DNA from: a virus
IMG/VR virus record: IMGVR_UViG_3300029171_000004
Length of the DNA stretch: 64,000 bases
Reading direction: 5' to 3' (one strand)
The notes below the pieces were generated by a model, which was not told the DNA's origin, did no database searches, and saw only the letters and a list, made by a program, of their open reading frames with translations. This document shows, in pieces, positions 9,352-18,862 of the stretch (position 1 is the stretch's first letter; each line of letters starts with the position of its first letter). The position numbers and the translations under genes are program-made.

Positions 9352-9917
9352 TGGGAAGTCAAGTCGTTTCTTCAAAAAAATTATCTAGGAAGCGTTTTAT
9401 TCCACTTTTTTGCATGCTAGCTATTGGCGTTATAGGTGTTTGTTGGAAGGACTCAACCATATACTCAATTAAATGTGCCATACAGTTGCTTCAACATCCT
9501 TTTAGACAAGGAATTATTTATTCCATAGGGTTAGTTATTGGTATTTCACACTTTTATTATGTGGGGCTGGATAAGGGTCATCATTTGGGTTTTATGGGTT
9601 TCTCTACTGGGGTATTTAGTTCAATTGCTAACGCCGTTGGATTTTCTTTTATGATGAACAAAGGATTAAGTTTTTCAATCGGAGTGATTGGTGACTCACT
9701 AAAGATAAAACCTTACTTTGTTGATGGAACAGATATAGATTATATCACCCTTTCTCTTGTTTCATTCCTTGTTGTATTTCTATCAGGTTATATGCTATGG
9801 AAGTTAGCAGAAGAATTTCTTTATGAAATTAAGCACCCATCTAGTGATGTAGAGGGGGTTCAGAATCCAAAGGACCAGAAATCTGCTGAAATTCCTGGAG
9901 AACAAGAGTCAAAATAA
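9351..9917 (+). CDS. multi-pass membrane protein
   Basis: Four hydrophobic stretches; TAATG coupling to previous gene. Confidence 0.6.
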   Translation: MGSQVVSSKKLSRKRFIPLFCMLAIGVIGVCWKDSTIYSIKCAIQLLQHPFRQGIIYSIGLVIGISHFYYVGLDKGHHLGFMGFSTGVFSSIANAVGFSFMMNKGLSFSIGVIGDSLKIKPYFVDGTDIDYITLSLVSFLVVFLSGYMLWKLAEEFLYEIKHPSSDVEGVQNPKDQKSAEIPGEQESK

Positions 9918-9924
9918 TATAACA

Positions 9925-11139
9925 ATGTTTATGAATGATTACCCAAGACTTCTTGAAGAATTTTGTAGGGAAGGGAATCTTCATAATTACAGATTTTCTC
10001 TCGTTAAAATTTTTGCAGCTATTGATCTTAATCCTTGTAAGATATCATGTCAGTACATTTCCCCTGCTTCCAGCATCACCTTTCTCCCAGAGGGCCCAAT
10101 TATTCGTGTTGCAATTAAAGGCCGCAAAAATCCATTACATATCATTTGGGATTTGTTGCATGAGTATGGGCATTTTGTGATTGGTCCCAATGAAACCAAT
10201 GACAAAAACAAGATGGCTGTTAACGAATACCATGCTTGGAAATTCGTGTCAAAGATGATGGCTCGGCTTCCTGAATTGGACCGTTATAAAATAGAATACG
10301 AGCAATATAAACAAGAATGCTTGTCAACTTATATTGAAAAACTCCAGTTAAATTACGATGTCGAAGCCATATTAAAAAAATATATGCCAAGTATCATTGA
10401 ACTGTTAGGAGGTCAAAGCATTTCATGGACTTCTATCAATAAGGGACTTACACAGCATATTTCTGAAATCCGTAAAGAGTTTTATGCCACTGGGAAATTA
10501 ATTTTAAAGGAGACAAGTTTTTATTCGATGATTGCTGAAAGGTTTACAGGAACTGGAAAATCAAATGCGATGTTTGACTACTACGATACATTGTTTAAGA
10601 AACTTAATACCAAACTAACATCAGAAGAAAAGCAGCCAGTTAGGCGAATTATATTGCAACTTCTCACTAATCTTAATAATAATCACATGAATTTCATTGG
10701 TGAACTGTCCGTGCTCGATAAATACATTTCCACTGGGCAATATTACTTTGTCAACATAGAAGCAAGAATCTCTTCTGATAGTAATGTTACGGCAGATATT
10801 TATTTAAAGCGTAAATTAGATGGTAGTGATTTTCTGGTTGAAGTACTCAATTTGCATTTGGAAAAAACGCAAATCAATGACTATTCAAAATTTAAATATC
10901 ACTTGGACTCAAAATTTACCCAAAAAATCAAGAGTAAGGGTATTTCCGATAAACGTGAAGTGAAAATACAGCCTGTGCTTTGGTATACGGACCACAATCA
11001 ATTTAAATGGGTTCAGGACTTTTTTTTAAAAACAGATTATGTGCATCCAGATGTACTTGACCCAATGTGCTATTGTAGTTACTTTAAGCATGATGGCTCT
11101 TATCAGCATTGGTTTGATCGTATCAAATTTATTAAATAA
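9925..11139 (+). CDS. HExxH (IrrE/ImmA-like) metallopeptidase fused to possible nuclease-like domain
   Basis: DLLHEYGH plus downstream NEYHAW; C-terminal ADIYL...FLVEV. Confidence 0.5.
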   Translation: MFMNDYPRLLEEFCREGNLHNYRFSLVKIFAAIDLNPCKISCQYISPASSITFLPEGPIIRVAIKGRKNPLHIIWDLLHEYGHFVIGPNETNDKNKMAVNEYHAWKFVSKMMARLPELDRYKIEYEQYKQECLSTYIEKLQLNYDVEAILKKYMPSIIELLGGQSISWTSINKGLTQHISEIRKEFYATGKLILKETSFYSMIAERFTGTGKSNAMFDYYDTLFKKLNTKLTSEEKQPVRRIILQLLTNLNNNHMNFIGELSVLDKYISTGQYYFVNIEARISSDSNVTADIYLKRKLDGSDFLVEVLNLHLEKTQINDYSKFKYHLDSKFTQKIKSKGISDKREVKIQPVLWYTDHNQFKWVQDFFLKTDYVHPDVLDPMCYCSYFKHDGSYQHWFDRIKFIK

Positions 11140-11153
11140 CAAAAAAATAATTT

Positions 11154-11636
11154 ATGTCACTGAAACCATTTCATTATCACTGTAGGGAAACAGTAAGTTT
11201 TGAGTACTTTAATGAAAATCGACCATGCTCTCCTGAAATAGTTGCAGAAGCTTTGCGTAAAATATATGAGGACTACTCAGATTATTATGTTTATCTGGGA
11301 ATCACGGAAAATCCGTGTGGAAGGTTCTCTGGTAATTACATGGTCAATGCTTTGCCGTTTGATATTAGACTTGAAGTACCAATAAGTCTTTATGATGCCA
11401 TTATGCTCGATGAAAGGTCTCATAGCGAAGATTACGAAAAAATGTTTGTAATCTGCTATGCAGAAAATGAAAAAGATATTCGGGATATGGAAGCTAAAGC
11501 AATCAAGTCGGGAGAGGGTATTGACTCTGACAGAACACTAAATTTAACTCTTGGTAGAAATGGTAATGTAAAACCAGGTCGGAATTTTTACTTCTTGTAT
11601 GCATGTATTACTTTAACTATTCCTCTTGAAGATTAG
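11154..11636 (+). CDS. GIY-YIG-like protein
   Basis: YYVYLGITENPCGRF and later conserved E (DMEAKAI). Confidence 0.45.
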   Translation: MSLKPFHYHCRETVSFEYFNENRPCSPEIVAEALRKIYEDYSDYYVYLGITENPCGRFSGNYMVNALPFDIRLEVPISLYDAIMLDERSHSEDYEKMFVICYAENEKDIRDMEAKAIKSGEGIDSDRTLNLTLGRNGNVKPGRNFYFLYACITLTIPLED

Positions 11637-11902
11637 GCGTAAGAGCGAAAAAGCTGCCAAGAATATTTATACATTCTTAGATTAACTTTTGGATAAGACT
11701 TTTTAATGTGTTCAAAATACTCTTTTGCTTTTTTAAGCGTGCTAAAATCATAATTTATTCTCAAAAATGATCGACTCTCTTCATCTATTACTTGTCCATA
11801 GACCCTATAAACATTAGTAATCGCAGGCTTCCTATAACACTTGTCTTCACCATTGAAAGTAAAATGGGCGTTTTCCTTATGATAGAATATTTCCTCTTCC
11901 AT
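11633..11902 (-). CDS. hypothetical phage-type protein
   Basis: 89 aa ORF with TATTTATTA motif upstream (11941-11949). Confidence 0.55.
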   Translation of the reverse strand: MEEEIFYHKENAHFTFNGEDKCYRKPAITNVYRVYGQVIDEESRSFLRINYDFSTLKKAKEYFEHIKKSYPKVNLRMYKYSWQLFRSYA

Positions 11903-12198
11903 GTTGCTCTTTTTAATAATAATAACCTTAGTCTGGGGGATAATAAATAGTTATGTTGATTATCTAAAAATTTTTATATACTGATAATCACAATGTTACG
12001 AGTGAAATTTGAGTATAAATGAAACCTTTACAACGAATATGTTGTATAAGAGTCTGTAAATGGGTTAATACCCTGTTTTACATCCCCCAAACAACCAAAC
12101 TCGCCCTGGCACTTGGCGTGAGTTCAAACGATAACAATTTTATTAACAAAAAGTTCGTCTTAAATGATGAACCGTGTTTAAAACAAAAATTATATGTC

Positions 12199-13161
12199 AT
12201 GAAAACAAATGTCAAATTAAAATGTTGGAGTTGTGGGGCCGAAATCGGCAAACAACTTGTTACTCAGTTCGAAAAATCAATAAGAGCAGATCTTGAACAA
12301 GAACTAACCAAAAAACAATCAGAACTCAACAAACAAAAAGGTGAATACAAAAAATTAACCTTGCAACTGGCTAAAGAAAAAGAACAGTTCGAACAGCGAA
12401 CAAATCTTAAAGTTAAAGAGCGGGAAAAGGTCATCGAGGATCTTAAGAAGAAACTTGACGAAGCCCGTAAACGAGCAGATACAGCCTTTACAAGCCAGCA
12501 GCTTGCTGGTGAAATACAGGAACTTACTCTTGAAAATACGTTAAGAGAACTGTACCCAGAAGATGAAATCATTCCTGTTCCTAAAGGGAAAATGGGTGCC
12601 GATTGTATTCAGGTTATCAATGTAAACGGTAAACCAATAGGTAAAGTAATTTACGAAAGCAAAAGGACAGCTTCGTTTTCATCCACCTGGATATCAAAAC
12701 TGAAAGAAGATAACTTAACGGCCAAGGCAGACATCTCCGTAATCGTCACAACAGCTTTTCCAAAGGGAATAAAAGGTCCATTTGCGATTATTGACAATAC
12801 ATGGATATGTGCTCCAGAAGCCATCAAAGATCTTTCGCTGGTATTGAGGTATGGGCTGCTTAAATTGCAAGCGCTGGCCATAACCCAGAAAAGCAAAGAC
12901 ACGAATATGGAACTCCTTTACAGGTTTCTAACCAGTGAGGAATTCAAAAATATCTTTACATCAATTCTCAGCAGTCTCCAGGGATTGCAAGAGAGTCATA
13001 GTTCCGAGAAAGTACGGATTCAGCGCATGTGGGCTGAACGAGAAAAAATTCTTGAATTACTTTTATCACAAGCGGTCTCCTTTTATGGTAACATAAGAGC
13101 AATTGCAGGAGTAGCAATACCTGAGATCCAAACTTTGGAAGCCCTCCCAAAGGCTAGTTAA
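12199..13161 (+). CDS. DUF2130-family coiled-coil protein
   Basis: CxxC, coiled coil, SQQLAGEIQELTLE, GKMGADCIQ, IYESKRTASFS motifs; ATG 12199 preferred. Confidence 0.8.
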   Translation: MKTNVKLKCWSCGAEIGKQLVTQFEKSIRADLEQELTKKQSELNKQKGEYKKLTLQLAKEKEQFEQRTNLKVKEREKVIEDLKKKLDEARKRADTAFTSQQLAGEIQELTLENTLRELYPEDEIIPVPKGKMGADCIQVINVNGKPIGKVIYESKRTASFSSTWISKLKEDNLTAKADISVIVTTAFPKGIKGPFAIIDNTWICAPEAIKDLSLVLRYGLLKLQALAITQKSKDTNMELLYRFLTSEEFKNIFTSILSSLQGLQESHSSEKVRIQRMWAEREKILELLLSQAVSFYGNIRAIAGVAIPEIQTLEALPKAS

Positions 13162-13361
13162 TACATTTCATTCTGCAGTACCAAGACGAGGAATCTAATT
13201 GATTCATGGGATTCTCATGTCTTATAGGTCAAAGTAACTTCTGAAATGAGGGGTTTGTTACTCTCATGAGATGTGGTCTGTAAGATGAAGTATTCTTAGA
13301 AGCGATGAATTGCGGGGGCAATGATTCGCTTCCTTGTCGAAGTATTCTTATCTGAATTATT

Positions 13362-13598
13362 ATGAAAGAGAAAAAACTAAAACGAGAAGATTTTGATGCG
13401 TATCTGATGAAATATTATTTCCAATTACTCTTGACACCAGGACTATATGAAAAGACTGGCGAAAAAAACGGAAGAAAATTAAGAAAGGAAATAAACTTCA
13501 GCTTCACAAACACACCAAACAGAAATAATAAAATTGTTTCGAATGATGTATGGAAAACACTCGTGTACCATCACATGAAGCGATACATATACAATTAA
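13362..13598 (+). CDS. hypothetical protein
   Basis: 78 aa ORF, A/T-rich start context. Confidence 0.5.
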   Translation: MKEKKLKREDFDAYLMKYYFQLLLTPGLYEKTGEKNGRKLRKEINFSFTNTPNRNNKIVSNDVWKTLVYHHMKRYIYN

Positions 13599-13620
13599 TA
13601 ACAAACGAAAATAATAAATC

Positions 13621-14076
13621 ATGGAAACTAAAATTTATAATCAACGACTAGTAAAGTATGCCAAACATTTGGCGAAACAAAAAACTCATCCAGAAATGGG
13701 TGAGTACAGTTATGCAATTCTCTGTGACCTCTCTGGTGAAAAGGAAGTTCAATTCGGTGTGTGTTTTCACGCATGGATATTTAATGACCTTCCTTTGCTA
13801 TTTCCAGAACAATGGTATTTCAATGATCATTTGAAAGAGCCATTCTTGATGGGATTGGACGTAGAAGAAGGTTCAATAGCAGGGATTTTTGATTTTTTCG
13901 GATTGAACCCTCAGGAATTTGCTCACTTATTTGATCTTGATGGATCACAGCAACCTCATTTATTTGGGGGAAGCTTTTTAATCGAAGACTCAACTGGAGA
14001 AGATATATCGAAAAACATCTTTCAATTCATTCAGTATAAGGCAGCACTTACACATATTAACCCAAAATCGAACTAA
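13621..14076 (+). CDS. hypothetical protein
   Basis: 151 aa ORF, aaaataataaatcATG context. Confidence 0.65.
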   Translation: METKIYNQRLVKYAKHLAKQKTHPEMGEYSYAILCDLSGEKEVQFGVCFHAWIFNDLPLLFPEQWYFNDHLKEPFLMGLDVEEGSIAGIFDFFGLNPQEFAHLFDLDGSQQPHLFGGSFLIEDSTGEDISKNIFQFIQYKAALTHINPKSN

Positions 14077-14232
14077 GATTTATTGGCGTGAGGAGTGACC
14101 CCTTAGAACTTAAAGTTAGAATTTAACAAATCGGTTAAAATATTCTTTTTCTCTGAATCTCCCTATATACAAGGGGTTTCGGGTATAGTGATAAGTAAAT
14201 ATTCTTTTTTGAAAAGCATCCCACTTAAATAA

Positions 14233-15672
14233 ATGGGAAACAAAGTGAAGGCAACAAGGTCAAATACAAAGATTTCTCCGCACGGAGGAGTGGTTCCGAT
14301 TCTTAAGAAAATTAAGGAATGCGGAATACCTCAGCTTATCCGAAAGTGTCTGGGTAAGCGTGTGGAGCAATCTAAGTATGGCTATGATGACGTATTTATT
14401 GCTTGGGTATTGACCTCACTGTGTGGTGGAACCAGACTCGACCACATATCAAAATTAAAAAAGAAATTATCTATTATTCCTGAATTAAAACTGCCAAGCC
14501 ATGATACTCTAGGAAGAGTTATGAAAAAACTTGCCACTGAAACAACTTCAAAAAGGACACTAAGTAACAGATCAAGTGTGTATAATCAGATAAATGAAAA
14601 CATTCATCTCAACAGAATGTTGGTTAAATCAACCAAGAGCTCCAAAATTCTAAATGAACAAAGATCTTATACCATGCACATTGACGCAACATTCATTTCC
14701 ACTGAATGTCGGGGTGCGGTTAGAAAGAAAAACAAAGATGGTAAAGTCGAAGTTGCTCGCATTGGATTTAATCCGATGATTTGTTTAATCAATGAACTTC
14801 CAATATTCATAAGTATGAGGGATGGATATGCGAATTCCCACTTTGAATTAAACTCCTGTTTGCGAAACAGTTTGATGTTATTAACTGAATCAAAGATAAG
14901 GGTTGGCAGAGTCATTAGTGATGCGGCTGGCTATAACAAAGAAGCTTTCGAGTACCTTCATGGTAAAGACATAAAGTTTCTTGTGAGATTTCCATTTAAT
15001 TCTAGAATGGAAACATTTAAAGCATCTCTTATCAATTGTTCTAACTGGAGGTCAGCTGAAATAAGAACAGCCAATTTTAATTGGCTTTGTGAAGTTGGAG
15101 ACATTCCATATAAAATGCATGACCACTATTCTCTAAATTATACGTCACCGACTTGGCGAGTTGTTGCAATGAGAATACCTATAAATGAATTAAATGAAGA
15201 TACCAAGTTGGTGGCGATAAATAACAAAGAAAGGCTTAAAGTGTTAGCCAATAGAGGAAAATTGAAAGAAGTAGCAAAACCTTATACAGAAGGGAAGTGG
15301 ATTAGTTCAGGTAACTATATGTATAAATTTATTATCACCAATGATTATGATAAACCTGCTGAAGAACTTATCAATGAATTTAATAAACGAGGTTATGCTG
15401 AACGTGTTATTTCGTTTATGAAACAAGATTTTGCGTGGAGACTACCACCATTTATGAACATGAATGAAAACACAGTTTTTATGATTGCTGCAGCTTTAGC
15501 AAATAATATTTTCAGAGGAATGGTTAAGCTCTTTAATCAGTTCATACCACAATTAAAGCTAAGTGCAAGATTGAGAGAATTTCAATTTGTTTTCATTGAC
15601 GTGGCTTGTGCTTATGTGGATAGAACCTATATATTTTATAATACTGATATTGAATATGAACTTTTAATATGA
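14233..15672 (+). mobile_element. IS1380-family DDE transposase
   Basis: ISPHGG, HIDATF, ISDAAGY, RGYAERVISFMKQDF motifs; DDE triad appears intact; no terminal inverted repeats recognised. Confidence 0.8.
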
Positions 15673-15679
15673 AAACATC

Positions 15680-15958
15680 ATGAATGAAAAGGAACTTGTG
15701 ACTGCTTTAATAGCAGATCACTTCAGACATATGAAACTTTTGTCTGGACTCGAAAAGTTGGGGTTCGATACCCTGGACTATTATATTGATATACCTGAAA
15801 CGATTGTTAAGGTAATGGGAATAGCAGATTCTGAAACGCCGCTGTTTCATTACATAAATGCTGTTGAGTTAAAATGTGGGAAGTCGGAAAAGTATCATGA
15901 AGTCGCTGCAGAACTTTATGAAGATCTTGTTTGGATGAGGGAGGAATTAAAAAAATGA
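15680..15958 (+). CDS. hypothetical protein
   Basis: 92 aa ORF 7 nt after the transposase stop. Confidence 0.6.
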   Translation: MNEKELVTALIADHFRHMKLLSGLEKLGFDTLDYYIDIPETIVKVMGIADSETPLFHYINAVELKCGKSEKYHEVAAELYEDLVWMREELKK

Positions 15959-15968
15959 AGAATTAATT

Positions 15969-16241
15969 TTGTTATCTTTGATTATGGACTACAAACATAC
16001 CATTGTTAATGGACATCATGTTATCATTGTTGATTATGTTGGCTTCTCCACAATTGCGGTTAGTGCTGTCTTTAAAGGAGTCTTAACCGAGAAATTTCCA
16101 GACGCAAATGACGAATTTATAATCGGTTATATGGATGATAATGAGACTTATACATTTGAGTCACCTCAGCGTATTATTATTACTCAAGAAGATTTAGATG
16201 CGGTTCCAGACGAAGATTGGGAAATGCTTCGTTGGGGTTAG
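15969..16241 (+). CDS. hypothetical protein
   Basis: Acidic ORF, likely start at internal ATG (MDYKH). Confidence 0.5.
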   Translation: MLSLIMDYKHTIVNGHHVIIVDYVGFSTIAVSAVFKGVLTEKFPDANDEFIIGYMDDNETYTFESPQRIIITQEDLDAVPDEDWEMLRWG

Positions 16242-16245
16242 GGGG

Positions 16246-16554
16246 TTACCCTCTGTCAATTGCTTTTTTACTTGCTCTTATCCTCTCTGAATCCGTTTCT
16301 AAACTATGAATGGTTGAATTAAAACTCGCTTCAGCCAAAGCATAAAGACCCTGAATATAATACTCTCGATTCATGTCGCTTCTTATAATCCAAGATAAAC
16401 CAGTTTCAGGATTATTCTTGATTGTGAAGGTATGAACTCCATTCACTATCATATTGATTTCAGTTGTAGCAGTTATTTTTGATAACATCATTGGTCGTTT
16501 TATTATAAAATACAATAACCATTGCAAAAAATCAATGGTTATTAAATAAAACAA
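16246..16554 (-). CDS. hypothetical protein
   Basis: ORF track; true start probably an internal Met. Confidence 0.4.
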   Translation of the reverse strand: MFYLITIDFLQWLLYFIIKRPMMLSKITATTEINMIVNGVHTFTIKNNPETGLSWIIRSDMNREYYIQGLYALAEASFNSTIHSLETDSERIRASKKAIDRG

Positions 16555-16560
16555 AATGAA

Positions 16561-17037
16561 TTAAGCAGCAGTTTCGTAAAAAAGCTCAAAATCAAATTCT
16601 GGAATATCTGAATAATTGATTTTATTCTTGCTTTTAACCTCAGGTTGGAAATTAACCTGATTATTATCCGCCAACAAAACAAGTCCGTTATCTTTCGGGG
16701 TTTGAATGATAACATGTATCGTGCTCATTGGGTCAAATGAAATGATTGTTCTATTTTTAATGTATTTTTCGTTAAACTGCTTCATAGATAACTTATCTAT
16801 GACTTGATATCCAATCTTATTATTGTATTTATAAACGCAGATTAAGAGTGATTTATCTAATTCTTTTCTAAGAAGTATTTGGTTAAATCGCATAAAACGA
16901 CTTCCTGTATATTCAGGTAACAGATCATGCATGGTATTCATACCATTCACATCCTTTCTAAATATTAGCCGTCCTTTCATAATATTAAAGATACGCAACA
17001 GAAGTATTAAATCATACTGAATCAACAAATTTTGCAA
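16561..17037 (-). CDS. hypothetical protein
   Basis: 158 aa ORF; likely start at MKGRL. Confidence 0.55.
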   Translation of the reverse strand: MQNLLIQYDLILLLRIFNIMKGRLIFRKDVNGMNTMHDLLPEYTGSRFMRFNQILLRKELDKSLLICVYKYNNKIGYQVIDKLSMKQFNEKYIKNRTIISFDPMSTIHVIIQTPKDNGLVLLADNNQVNFQPEVKSKNKINYSDIPEFDFELFYETAA

Positions 17038-17094
17038 ATAAATTGCGCTAAGATGAAGCGATTTGTTATTTAAATAGCTAAAAACCAGTAAATT

Positions 17095-17126
17095 AAAAAG
17101 GGAATCCGTAACTGGATTCCCTTTTT
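17095..17126. terminator. bidirectional intrinsic terminator
   Basis: AAAAAGGGAATCC-gtaact-GGATTCCCTTTTT. Confidence 0.85.
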
Positions 17127-17143
17127 GTTTTCTTTTGCCCTTT

Positions 17144-17185
17144 CCTTAACTTGAGACTTGCGTAATTAAGGCAAATGAGGCCTTT
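17144..17185 (-). repeat. right copy of island-flanking inverted repeat / hairpin element
   Basis: Minus strand reads aaaggcctca-tttg-ccttaattacgcaagtct-caagttaagg. Confidence 0.85.
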
Positions 17186-17191
17186 CTAATT

Positions 17192-17404
17192 TTAAAACAC
17201 GATGATAAACACCCAGCATATGATTGCTACAATAAGCCAACCGTCAGCTCGATATGTTCGTGTTTTTCCACGTAAATTATCTAATAGCTCCTGGGTTGAC
17301 CCTGGATATGTTATGTTCAAATATGTTGCAACAGCAAAAATCAGTGTAGATATGCAACCAAATATCCAAGCCAACACATTTAAAAAAGTCATAAATTTTT
17401 CCAT
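17192..17404 (-). CDS. small two-TM membrane protein
   Basis: MEKFMTFLNVLAWIFG...WLIVAIICWVFIIVF; start reassigned to ATG 17404 directly after nadE stop. Confidence 0.65.
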   Translation of the reverse strand: MEKFMTFLNVLAWIFGCISTLIFAVATYLNITYPGSTQELLDNLRGKTRTYRADGWLIVAIICWVFIIVF

Positions 17405-17406
17405 GA

Positions 17407-18258
17407 TTAACTGTTTTTTGGCAACTGACAAATAGGCGGCATTTCCATTTTGTGAGCATTTGCAGTATGACGTTTCCAATAAATTTTTACAACTTGTGCT
17501 TGGCGTTCAGATAGCATTTCTGGAAAAGACATATTTTCAATTTCAGGTGGTGAATGTTCATCGCAAAAATTCATAGCCCATTCAAGCTCATCATATGTTG
17601 CGCCTATTTGATCTTCATCGGTTCTACCATCATCCCAAAGACCATCTGTTGGACGTGCGTCTAAAATATCTTGGATAATTCCAAGTTCTTTTCCAAGCGC
17701 ATATACTTCTGATTTAAGAAGCTCTCCAATTGGGGAAAGGTCGATTCCACCATCACCGTATTTTGTAAAGAAGCCAACCCCGTAATCCTCCACTTTGTTT
17801 CCAGTACCACAAACAAGAAGCTTGTGAGCACCAGCAATACCATAAAGAGTTACCATTCTAAGACGAGATCTTGTGTTGGCAGATGTAAGAAAAATATCAT
17901 CTGCGCTTATGTTTTCAAAAGCGCCAGCTTTTGTGAGGAGTTCAATTTCTTTATCATAAGCCTCGGTTAAATCAATATCCAAAGATTTTACATTTGGAAA
18001 GTTTGCTTTTAACCACTCAATATGTTTTGAGCCACGATCTGCTTGGTCTGCAGCTTGATGAATTGACATTTTAACAACAAACAATGGCATTCCAGACATT
18101 GCGCATAAAGTTGAACAAACTGCTGAGTCGATTCCGCCAGAAACACCGATAATATATCCTTTTGTTTTTGCTTTAAAGCAATAAGATTGTAGCCAATCTG
18201 CAATGTGATTTTTAATAACACTATAGTTGCGAGATTTGTTTTGCGTTGTTGTTTCCAT
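17407..18258 (-). CDS. nadE: NH3-dependent NAD+ synthetase
   Basis: IGVSGGIDSAV, NTRSRLRM, GTGNKVE, FFTKYGDGG, PTDGLW, DEDQIG motifs; no glutaminase domain. Confidence 0.95.
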   Translation of the reverse strand: METTTQNKSRNYSVIKNHIADWLQSYCFKAKTKGYIIGVSGGIDSAVCSTLCAMSGMPLFVVKMSIHQAADQADRGSKHIEWLKANFPNVKSLDIDLTEAYDKEIELLTKAGAFENISADDIFLTSANTRSRLRMVTLYGIAGAHKLLVCGTGNKVEDYGVGFFTKYGDGGIDLSPIGELLKSEVYALGKELGIIQDILDARPTDGLWDDGRTDEDQIGATYDELEWAMNFCDEHSPPEIENMSFPEMLSERQAQVVKIYWKRHTANAHKMEMPPICQLPKNS

Positions 18259-18259
18259 A

Positions 18260-18862
18260 TTATTTGTATAAATTGTTTGTTTTAATGTGTTCAATTACCG
18301 ACTCTGGTAAAAGATGTTTTAGTGATCCGTTGTTTTTAATTTGCTCCCTAATGAATGTGGAAGATATTTCCAACACAGGAACATTTTGTAGTAAAGTGGT
18401 TTTTTTATCAATCCCCTTTTCTGTACAAACACCCTTGTCGTTTCCACCACGTTCATAAAGAATAAAATCATGATTATCCACAACTTCTTGTGCGTTTCTC
18501 CAAAATGGAATTTTAAAATGCGTGTCTGTTCCACATACGATAGAAAACTTTTTGTTTGGTCTTATTTCTCTTAAGTGTCTAAGTGTGTTGTTTGTAAAGG
18601 ATGGTCTGGGCATTGAAAACTCGATGTTTGATACGTGGAATTTATCGTTGTATTCTGCAGCAATTTTTGTCATTTTCAACCTTTCATTTTCATCAATCAA
18701 AATACCGCTTTTTGCTTTAGCTGGATTCATTGGGGATACAATAAACCAAATACCATCTAGACCACATTTTTCTAACGCCATTTCAGCCATTATTAAGTGA
18801 CCAATATGAATTGGGTTAAATGAACCAAGCAGCAATCCGATATGTTCTTTTTTTTCTAGCAC
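18260..18862 (-). CDS. nadD: nicotinate-nucleotide adenylyltransferase
   Basis: GSFNPIHIGH (HIGH), PSFT, ISST motifs. Confidence 0.92.
   Translation of the reverse strand: MLEKKEHIGLLLGSFNPIHIGHLIMAEMALEKCGLDGIWFIVSPMNPAKAKSGILIDENERLKMTKIAAEYNDKFHVSNIEFSMPRPSFTNNTLRHLREIRPNKKFSIVCGTDTHFKIPFWRNAQEVVDNHDFILYERGGNDKGVCTEKGIDKKTTLLQNVPVLEISSTFIREQIKNNGSLKHLLPESVIEHIKTNNLYK

Noticed and set aside
14150-14182. ctctgaatct...aaggggtttc as IS1380 left terminal repeat
   Set aside because: No complementary copy found near the transposase 3-prime end
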